A DNA stretch of 12,289 nucleotides from Candidatus Hermodarchaeota archaeon. Lineage in GTDB: Archaea > Asgardarchaeota > Lokiarchaeia > Sigyniarchaeales > SOKP01. Where the stretch lies: contig JBHLLP010000070.1 of NCBI GenBank assembly GCA_048885525.1, positions 1 through 12,289 of the forward strand. Reading direction: 5' to 3'. Positions within the stretch are counted from its first letter, which is position 1, and the number at the start of each line of letters is the position of its first letter. Below the pieces are notes generated by a model, which ran no database searches, was not told the origin of the DNA, and was given only the letters and a program-made list of their open reading frames with translations. Shown one piece after another: positions 1 through 6,868 of the stretch. Both the position numbers and the translations under genes were made by a program.

Positions 1-2
1 TT

Positions 3-75
3 AGCGGATTGGTGTAGAGGTCAAGCATTTGGGACTCTGAATCCCGAGACAGCGGTTCGAATCCGCTATCCGCTA
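3..75 (+). tRNA. tRNA-Gln, anticodon CTG (reads CAG), intronless, CCA not encoded
   Basis: Acceptor stem AGCGGAT(3-9)/ATCCGCT(68-74) with discriminator A75. D-arm GTGT/GCAT. Anticodon stem TGGGA/TCCCG with loop CT-CTG-AA (anticodon 37-39). T-arm AGCGG-TTCGAAT-CCGCT. The A1-U72 first pair is typical of archaeal tRNA-Gln. Confidence 0.97.
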
Positions 76-199
76 TTTTAATATTTCATTCTTGAAATTA
101 AAGGCATCAAATTAAATTTGAATAAACATTAAAATATCAACATATCTTATTTAATTATCAATTGGATATCATAAGAAAAAATATATAGTTCCAATAAAA

Positions 200-385
200 A
201 TGAGAGTAAACGAACATCTATTGCAAGGTTTAATATTAACATTCACAATTATAGCTTTAATTTCAATTTTTTTTGCGAATACAGTGCTAGCATGAGGAAA
301 TAGAATAACAAGTTTTGATATTGCATCTGGTGTAAGCTTTATAGTAATTGCAATTTTAATCGTAATATATATATTATCAGATTAA
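200..385 (+). CDS. Putative small membrane selenoprotein, 61 aa, in-frame TGA at 293-295 (codon 32); alternative reading is a pseudogene
   Basis: Manual translation from ATG200: MRVNEHLLQGLILTFTIIALISIFFANTVLA-(TGA)-GNRITSFDIASGVSFIVIAILIVIYILSD-TAA(383-385). There is a hydrophobic helix on each side of the TGA and a SECIS-like hairpin downstream on the same strand. The ORF track misses it because the TGA splits it. Confidence 0.55.
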
Positions 386-464
386 ATAAAGTTGCTTAGG
401 AATAGTTATTAAATGCTAACAATAGAAGTGGACTTTTAACCCTTTAAAATAAACAACTTTAATC

Positions 465-516
465 CAAGAAAGATGATTCTGATAAATAAATTATAGTTAT
501 CGGAGGATAAACCTTG
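465..516 (+). promoter_or_regulatory. Candidate eukaryote/Lokiarchaeia-type SECIS element in the 3' UTR
   Basis: ATGA at 473-476, then T. Helix II TCTGATAA(478-485)/TTATCGGA(497-504). AAA at 488-490, exactly 11 nt after ATGA. 3' core GGAT(505-508) gives the UGAU/GGAU non-Watson-Crick quartet. Helix I CAAG(465-468)/CTTG(513-516), or TCCAAG(463-468)/CTTGGA(524-529). Confidence 0.6.
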
Positions 517-538
517 CAAAGGACTTGGAAAAGTATGG

Positions 539-898
539 TTATTCTGTGCGTTTAATAATATGATAACCATATTTAGATTTCACAGGTTGTGAAATTTCAC
601 CTATTTTTAGGTTTGCACTTGTATTCCAAAATTCGGGGACCATATCACCCTTCGCAAATTCACCTAAATTACCTCCCCTTTTTTTACTTGGACATATGGA
701 GTTTTGTCTTGCTAACTGTTCAAAGTTATTCCCTGCTTTTAAATCTTCATAAAGCTCTTGTGCTTTACTAAACTTCTCAACTAAGATGTGACTTGCCTTT
801 ATTTTTCCACCACGTATAGGGTCTCCTCCTTGTTTTGAACCTCCTCCCTTTGATTGTGTTCCCTTCTGAAATCCTTTTCCATATTTATTTTTTCCCAT
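539..898 (-). CDS. ppiC: Parvulin (PpiC-type) peptidyl-prolyl cis-trans isomerase with a Lys/Gly-rich N-terminal extension
   Basis: Parvulin motifs ASHILV, FEQLARQNSICPS, GGNLGEF, MVPEF and GEISQPVKSKYGYHIIK. Confidence 0.95.
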   Translation of the reverse strand: MGKNKYGKGFQKGTQSKGGGSKQGGDPIRGGKIKASHILVEKFSKAQELYEDLKAGNNFEQLARQNSICPSKKRGGNLGEFAKGDMVPEFWNTSANLKIGEISQPVKSKYGYHIIKRTE

Positions 899-978
899 AA
901 TAACTTCTCTAAATTTGATTAACTTAAAAATATCATTTTACAATAAAAAATTAGCTATCTTGGAAATATTTAGAACCT

Positions 979-1398
979 TTAATTTACAATCAAATACCTG
1001 AAATTCTTTATTTCTTCAATACTGTTTATTTCTACTACAAGTTTTTGGAAATCGTGAAGACTTCCATCAAAAACCATGAAAGTTATAAAATTTGGATTAA
1101 TAAAATTTTGATTTTTACTAACAATTTGGTCTTTATACTCACTTTCAATTCTGTTTAATTTCTTCTGAACATTATAATCATTTGGAGCAACAATAATCAT
1201 ATTTCCAATTATGTTTTTTGTTAATGGGATTAGGTCACTTGAGCTATCTAGACTAGCGGAGATCTCTTCTGTTGACATTAACCTTAATAAAGCGTCTCTA
1301 ATTAGTTTCGATTTATTTTCATATTGATTTCTAGTAACTAGTTTATTAATGAATTTTTTAAGATTCTCATTGAGTGACACGGATATTATTGGGGACAT
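979..1398 (-). CDS. Ribbon-helix-helix (CopG/NikR-like) transcriptional regulator with a C-terminal ACT-like domain
   Basis: N-terminal IISVSLNENLKKFINKLV...YENKSKLIRDAL fits the RHH pattern. The C-terminal pattern (IIGNMIIV...KLNRIESEYKDQIVS...VFDGSLHDFQKLVVEINSIEEIK) and the 139-aa length parallel NikR. Confidence 0.82.
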   Translation of the reverse strand: MSPIISVSLNENLKKFINKLVTRNQYENKSKLIRDALLRLMSTEEISASLDSSSDLIPLTKNIIGNMIIVAPNDYNVQKKLNRIESEYKDQIVSKNQNFINPNFITFMVFDGSLHDFQKLVVEINSIEEIKNFRYLIVN

Positions 1399-1483
1399 GA
1401 GTTTTTTCTTCTTTTCGATACTGTTTTTTAATATAAAATATAGATTTGTACCTTAATAAATCTTTTTTGATAGAAAAAAGGAC

Positions 1484-3856
1484 TTACAATTTAATAGATC
1501 TTGCAATAACGTTCCTGAAATTCTCAATATCATTTACTAGTTTATCTGCTAATTCATCAGTAATTTTATCATCCTTACCAAATTTATTCAATTCAGTGAG
1601 CCAGTACTCTATTCTCCCAAGAATTGCCTCTTTATCTCCTAAAATCTTTCTTACCCTAACGAAAGTATCGTGTAATTTGGTTCTAATATTTTGGGCTTTC
1701 CATCTTAACATACAATAATCAGAAATTTCAGCTAAATTTTGAGTTATCGCCATCACATCAATCGTTTTTTCTCTTTCCTCCGATTTAATTTTCCTAATAA
1801 TGTTAATTTCTTCAAATAATAACTCAATTATCTTAGCAAGAAAACCTGTTAGCTGTCCTGGATGATTACACCAAACTCTAACCTCTAGTGACTGATTAGA
1901 TTCCGACACATAAACCCTTGTCACAATTCTGCCTCCCCCAACCTTCGCTTCAGAACAATGCCAACTTTCTGCTTCATATTTTCCTTTAGGATCATTACCT
2001 TCATGAGAAGTTACTGTACTTACTTCAAAACGTTTTATTGTTCTTACTGCTGCTCTGAAAGCTAAACGTGGATCTAAATCTGCAATTAAAAATGCTCTAG
2101 CATCATTAGGAAGATCTGAAATTGCTATTTGAATATCCTCGATTGTAGCTAAACATGAAACAACTAATGGACATTTTATCTGAACTTCTTTTTTTCGTAT
2201 GTGTACAGTTCTCTTTTCTCCTGAAGCTCTTTTGTAGATGACATCTCCACCAATATTGGATATTCCACATTCTTTTGGTTCTAAATAGAAATCTACTCCT
2301 CTAGAATTCTTAGCCTCAATAACGGGTATATTAATGAGAGGATCTTTTACTTTATAACTAGAAGGAACATCTAAAAGAACTTTTACTGAATTTATTGCCA
2401 TAGAGGTTTCATTCCTTACAACTACTTTAAAATGAAGTTGACCACCAACGAAATCATATTCACGAACTACTTCAATGTTCCCCCCATCGGTAGGTTTTGG
2501 TGTTACCTTTGCTTTATCAGGAGATTCTATCTCTATAGGTACACTATATGCGGTGAAAGATTTTTTATGCATATCAATATAACCGTCAATATCACCACGC
2601 GCAATAATCTGAGCTAAATTCTCTTCTATACTTGCTTCTGTTACTCCTAATCGATTTGAAAGTTCTCTTAAAGGCATAGTTCTATAAGCTCTAGCAACTT
2701 CTTTTATCTTTTGCTCTAGGTATTTATTAGTCATGAATTCTCTTCGTTGAGTAAATATCCCCTTGATTTTTCCAGTTTTAATTAACTCATGAAGGCTTTT
2801 TCTTGCTAATTCTACTGCAATTTTCAACTTTAATGCTAATTTTGAAAGTTCAAATAACCCTGTTTCTTTAGAATAGTTTTTAATATCTTTATAAATTTGA
2901 TTTGCAGTAATAATTTCATTTCCACGATCTGCAAAAAAGCCATTTACGGCTTTTGCTCTCATTAAATTGACACAAAATGATTTAACAAGTTCTTTTGGTA
3001 TATTAAAATTATTTGCTAGATCTTTTAAGGTAACTCTACCTTTATTTTGAATTTCTTTAATTAAATTATCCATTATATATTTTTGAGTATAGTATATCTC
3101 TTTATCTAATGAGAATGAACCTTTTATCTGAAATTGGTTGATTAATTTGTAAATTACCTTTATCGCAACCTCAGAATTCATATCAAGCATTACGCCTAAA
3201 TCTGCAACATTAACTATACCTTCATCATGGAATTTTGCAAGTATTTTCTCACGCATTTCTGAAGATATGTAATAGAACATTTGATTTTTTTGATCAATAA
3301 TTCCATAGATCCGTTCTTCATCCATGTATTTATTAATAAATTTAATCATTTGCTCTGCAGAAATATTGAAAGAATTAATAATTGTAGAAAAGTTGGTAAG
3401 GGGTGCTCTTTTTAATAGATCTAAAAAACAATTAGGGCAAACTTCTTTTCCAACTATAGATCGCAATCTTTTACTGCATAACACTAATCTGTTCCCTTTA
3501 ATAAGGTTGTATCTTATCGCTTCCCTAACAAGCTTTTCCTTTGAAGGAAAGAATAATCCAGGAGTTTTTAAGTATGAATTCCATGCTTCGGGGCATTGTT
3601 GGTTAGTACATTCTAAATAATATTGTCCTGAAGACAATCTTTCTAATCTTAAAATGTGTTTACATACAGGACATTCACTATTTTCTACAACTGTACATTT
3701 AAAATTTCTTTCAATAGCTTTTACTTTTGAATAGAAGAGATTGTGTTTTTTACATTCATGTGTTTCGGTTGTAGCAATATGATTAATACAGAAACTAGAT
3801 TTGCATTTTTCACACGTAAAATCGATTTTTTGGTTTTCACAGAATAAACATTTCAT
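1484..3856 (-). CDS. Multidomain protein: N-terminal Cys/His zinc fingers, five tandem winged-helix (PCI/DDRGK/UFL1-like) repeats, Ig-like ear plus platform (adaptin/COP/BBSome-type appendage), helical C-terminus
   Basis: 790-aa ORF. Contains C3xxC6...C15xxC18x4C23xxH26, C62xxC65...C83x4C88 and C140xxC143. About 60-aa repeats end in IYGIID, IKGSFS, VNGFFA, IKGIFT and IDGYID (Gly at 185, 246, 306, 366, 425). Beta-sandwich signature FKVVVRNETSMAINSVKVLL...SRGVDFYLEP...IGGDVIY. The CDS is certain; the domain calls are by eye. Confidence 0.8.
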   Translation of the reverse strand: MKCLFCENQKIDFTCEKCKSSFCINHIATTETHECKKHNLFYSKVKAIERNFKCTVVENSECPVCKHILRLERLSSGQYYLECTNQQCPEAWNSYLKTPGLFFPSKEKLVREAIRYNLIKGNRLVLCSKRLRSIVGKEVCPNCFLDLLKRAPLTNFSTIINSFNISAEQMIKFINKYMDEERIYGIIDQKNQMFYYISSEMREKILAKFHDEGIVNVADLGVMLDMNSEVAIKVIYKLINQFQIKGSFSLDKEIYYTQKYIMDNLIKEIQNKGRVTLKDLANNFNIPKELVKSFCVNLMRAKAVNGFFADRGNEIITANQIYKDIKNYSKETGLFELSKLALKLKIAVELARKSLHELIKTGKIKGIFTQRREFMTNKYLEQKIKEVARAYRTMPLRELSNRLGVTEASIEENLAQIIARGDIDGYIDMHKKSFTAYSVPIEIESPDKAKVTPKPTDGGNIEVVREYDFVGGQLHFKVVVRNETSMAINSVKVLLDVPSSYKVKDPLINIPVIEAKNSRGVDFYLEPKECGISNIGGDVIYKRASGEKRTVHIRKKEVQIKCPLVVSCLATIEDIQIAISDLPNDARAFLIADLDPRLAFRAAVRTIKRFEVSTVTSHEGNDPKGKYEAESWHCSEAKVGGGRIVTRVYVSESNQSLEVRVWCNHPGQLTGFLAKIIELLFEEINIIRKIKSEEREKTIDVMAITQNLAEISDYCMLRWKAQNIRTKLHDTFVRVRKILGDKEAILGRIEYWLTELNKFGKDDKITDELADKLVNDIENFRNVIARSIKL

Positions 3857-4016
3857 AGTATGAAATTTGATTTTAATTTTAGAATCTATATTATAATAGA
3901 AAAAATCCTAACTTAATATTTTAATGGGGGACCAATTTTATTGTTTTAATAACAATGGAATTTTTAATAGGATTTTAAATTTTTCATTGCATTCAAATGA
4001 CAAATTCAACATTTAA

Positions 4017-4745
4017 TTAAAATGATACTTCTGGGAAGACAGGAATTTTCAAAAAAGATAATATCATTACGACGGTATTAAATACAATAATTATCAAGAT
4101 CATCATTATTAAAATCCAATTCTTTCTAGATTTATAAGATTTAATAATCTGAGATGTTCCGTGTTTTGCTAATGCAAGTGGAAATAATCCGATAAACGTA
4201 CCTAATGAAAAATAAAACACAATCATAATGCCATCAATAAAGCCAAAACCCCCACCTAATGAATATGTTAAGCATTGAGAATAAATGATAAATTCAAAGA
4301 TACAAGGAGCAAATCCTGCCAAGATCCCGAAAAGATATGGTGTTTTCTTTTTTTCCCAATTGAATTGAAAAATTTCATCCTTGTGTTTTGAATGGGGGAT
4401 ATAATCTTTTCTGGTTATGAAGAATAATAGTATAAATCCAGCAAACATAGAACTAATAGCACCAAAAAAGTTAATAGTAAAGGCATCAGGAATAATCCCC
4501 GGAATTAAGATCTGTGGAATAAAGCTAATCAAAATAGTCCCTAAAGCAATCAATAAATTCGAAGACATCAAACCCAAACCATAAAGCATTAAGATAAATA
4601 TACTTCTTTGTGGGGTTTTAGAAATTCCAAATGACCAAAAAAAGAATATTGCTTTATCTTCACATGGTATTAGAGTATGCAAAATTCCTAAAAGGAATGC
4701 TGGAGCAAAAATTAATAATAATGGTGGTGGGTAAAATTCTAACAT
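4017..4745 (-). CDS. Polytopic membrane protein, CcdA/DsbD-beta or NiCoT/UreH-like (LysE superfamily)
   Basis: About 6 hydrophobic segments. Two Pro-Cys motifs, LHTLIPCEDK (C28) and GILAGFAPCIFE (C148), plus FSLGT in a late helix. Confidence 0.7.
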   Translation of the reverse strand: MLEFYPPPLLLIFAPAFLLGILHTLIPCEDKAIFFFWSFGISKTPQRSIFILMLYGLGLMSSNLLIALGTILISFIPQILIPGIIPDAFTINFFGAISSMFAGFILLFFITRKDYIPHSKHKDEIFQFNWEKKKTPYLFGILAGFAPCIFEFIIYSQCLTYSLGGGFGFIDGIMIVFYFSLGTFIGLFPLALAKHGTSQIIKSYKSRKNWILIMMILIIIVFNTVVMILSFLKIPVFPEVSF

Positions 4746-4821
4746 AATAGCTTTTAAATTCTAATGTATTCTTCTATTAATGGGATTTTTTTATCTGTTT
4801 ATATATTTTCAATGATCATAT

Positions 4822-6111
4822 TTAGAATTTTTTATTATTAGATTGCATTTCTTTTGTTAAACAATATTTACTCATGGTATAAAATGAAAGTAATAGAAAG
4901 ATAGTAGGTACAAAATTAAATGGAAAATAGTTTTGCAAGAGGAACCATATTCCCATAAATGCTAAATCAAAGAAACTTAAAAAGAAAAAACTTGGTTTAA
5001 TAAATTCTTTCGTTAATTTCGACTCTCGCGGTAAATTAAATATTATTATTATCAAAAGTGGTGTTAGGATTAAAAGATGATGGTCCCATGAGTCAAAATA
5101 TCCTAGTAGCATTATTAAAATACCTAATGTATATCCATATATTAAAGAGTAATTATCAAGTCTTCTTACTAAATAGAAGACAAATCCTATTCCACCTATA
5201 ATGATAAGAATGATTATAAAAAGGGGTAATTGAAAACTTAATAATTGTGATTGTGAAAAACCTATAAATATAAAGAAGTTTTGAATTAGTTTAGTTATAC
5301 TAAATGAATGATTGATAAGAACTGTATCTTCACCAGTAAAATTTACACTTAGAAAACCTTCAAGTAATTCTGAATGTATTAGAAATATAAAGATATTTAA
5401 TGATAAGGGTATTATAAAGCCAACTAAGCGTATTATTGATTTCAGAAATTGAATTTCAAATTTTTTTATTTCTAAATCAAAATTAATAATTATTAAAAAG
5501 GGAATTAAAAATAAAGTAATTGGTTTAATAATTACGCTAATTCCTAAAATTATACTAGTAACCAAGTTCCATTTTAAACTCTCGTATTTAAGAAAAAGGT
5601 ATAGTGAAATTAGTAAAAAAAGTGTAATATACAAATTAATTTGACCTAAAATGTAATTAAATACTTGCGATAAGCTCATTAAATATAAACAAATATAAAA
5701 TATAACTCTTTTTTCTTCTGGTTCATGATCAACTCCTTTCACTACCATTATTATTTTATATAGGAACTTACAAATTAAGACGTTGAGAATTAGATTAACA
5801 ATATTAAACATAATAAATCCTAAGTCGAATCCTAAAAGATAATATGGTATAAATAATAGAGCTGAGATCGGAAAGTATCTGAAAGGCCAATTGTAGTCAG
5901 CAGTATAGAGATCAGTAATATTATTGATAAACACTTCTCCAACTTTATAATATACTAAAAAATCATTTTGATTTCTAAATATAGTTAGAGTTAGTATTAA
6001 AGAAAGCATAAAATATACACCGTGAAGTATGGTTGCATATCTAAATATCTTATATTGCCAGAGTACTTTAAACCGATTACTAATTTTGCTATATAACTTC
6101 TCTATTACCAT
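4822..6111 (-). CDS. GT87/DUF2029-like GT-C membrane glycosyltransferase (paralog C)
   Basis: Motifs NDFLVYYKVG, FRYFPISALLF, GQINLYIT, IIKP and DSWDHHLLILTP; about 10-11 TM segments. Confidence 0.85.
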   Translation of the reverse strand: MVIEKLYSKISNRFKVLWQYKIFRYATILHGVYFMLSLILTLTIFRNQNDFLVYYKVGEVFINNITDLYTADYNWPFRYFPISALLFIPYYLLGFDLGFIMFNIVNLILNVLICKFLYKIIMVVKGVDHEPEEKRVIFYICLYLMSLSQVFNYILGQINLYITLFLLISLYLFLKYESLKWNLVTSIILGISVIIKPITLFLIPFLIIINFDLEIKKFEIQFLKSIIRLVGFIIPLSLNIFIFLIHSELLEGFLSVNFTGEDTVLINHSFSITKLIQNFFIFIGFSQSQLLSFQLPLFIIILIIIGGIGFVFYLVRRLDNYSLIYGYTLGILIMLLGYFDSWDHHLLILTPLLIIIIFNLPRESKLTKEFIKPSFFFLSFFDLAFMGIWFLLQNYFPFNFVPTIFLLLSFYTMSKYCLTKEMQSNNKKF

Positions 6112-6118
6112 TTTTAAT

Positions 6119-6868
6119 TCATTTTCTTTTAACGAATTTTCTTTTTTTAGTTATATATATTATTATACTAAGAGTTAAAACACATATCAATCCAATCAAT
6201 GTAGGTATTACATAAATCGGTATAAATTCAAAAGCTATATCTATAATAACGACATTTTCATTAATATAGAGTTTATAAGAACTAAGAATTCCTTGATCGT
6301 TATAAATAGTAATAATTTTAATATCTTTTAAAGGAACTCCGGGTAATACTGCATTTTCTTTAATCTCAACATTTAAAGTAGGTAAAACTCTATTGTCTAC
6401 ATCGTACCACTCATTTAAACTTAAACTAGCCAAATAGTCCCCTATGGGAATTGGAAACCAAAATGGGACAAAAGAGGTATCATTTGAAAAATTCCATCCT
6501 TGAGGGTAGTTTTTTGGATTTGAAAAATAGATCATTTGAGAATCATTATCTTTATCGCCCCAAATTTTTCTACTAGTCCATATCCAAATGCTAAAATTTA
6601 TTTTTAAATATATTTCATTATATTCTGTATCTGTGATTTTCCATTTCATCTTTGTTCCTTTGCTTAGATTTTGAAATATTCCAGACGCATCCCAATTATT
6701 ACCAAAAATGTTATCCATCTCATTTTCATTACATAATTTACATTTCCATACTAATTCTTGATCTCTTTGGACTCCTATATTATAATTAATAGCAGCTACA
6801 TTTGAAATTAAATTGCTAACTAATAAGAGAAGAAGTGTAAACTTTAAAACAATTTTTTTCAGTTTCAC
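6119..6868 (-). CDS. Secreted, C-terminally membrane-anchored protein of unknown function
   Basis: Signal peptide MKLKKIVLKFTLLLLLVSNLISNVAA. C-terminal IPIYVIP, TM helix and KKRKFVKRK tail. Five N-X-S/T sequons and a CKLC motif. The GTG start overlaps the upstream TAG stop (TAGTG) and is preceded by GGAGGT. Confidence 0.85.
   Translation of the reverse strand: MKLKKIVLKFTLLLLLVSNLISNVAAINYNIGVQRDQELVWKCKLCNENEMDNIFGNNWDASGIFQNLSKGTKMKWKITDTEYNEIYLKINFSIWIWTSRKIWGDKDNDSQMIYFSNPKNYPQGWNFSNDTSFVPFWFPIPIGDYLASLSLNEWYDVDNRVLPTLNVEIKENAVLPGVPLKDIKIITIYNDQGILSSYKLYINENVVIIDIAFEFIPIYVIPTLIGLICVLTLSIIIYITKKRKFVKRK

Noticed and set aside
51-75. tRNA 3' end as an integration site, and the tandem ATCCGCT-ATCCGCT
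   Set aside because: No integrase and no duplicated tRNA 3' end were seen in the window. The tandem arises because the T-stem and acceptor stem share AGCGG.
293-295. Genome-wide TGA-to-Trp/Gly reassignment as the explanation for the in-frame TGA
   Set aside because: The long ORFs are open under the standard code, use TGG for Trp, and the 249-aa gene terminates at TGA (6121-6119).
470-482. AAGATGA..CTGA resembling box C and box D of a C/D sRNA
   Set aside because: The boxes are only 2 nt apart with no guide regions; the SECIS-type fold explains the sequence better.
589-771. 60-aa + strand ORF
   Set aside because: Antisense shadow of the parvulin gene with no recognisable features.
1446-1718. 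90-aa + strand ORF
   Set aside because: Antisense to the 3' end of the 790-aa gene, with Ser/Leu/Phe-rich shadow composition.
2432-2617. 61-aa + strand ORF
   Set aside because: Lies wholly antisense within the 790-aa gene.
3324-3620. 98-aa + strand ORF
   Set aside because: Lies wholly antisense within the 790-aa gene.
3902-3976. Inverted repeats AAAATCCTA/TAGGATTTT and ATTGTT-N5-AACAAT (possible MITE or hairpin)
   Set aside because: Short AT-rich arms, no target-site duplication and no second copy in the window.
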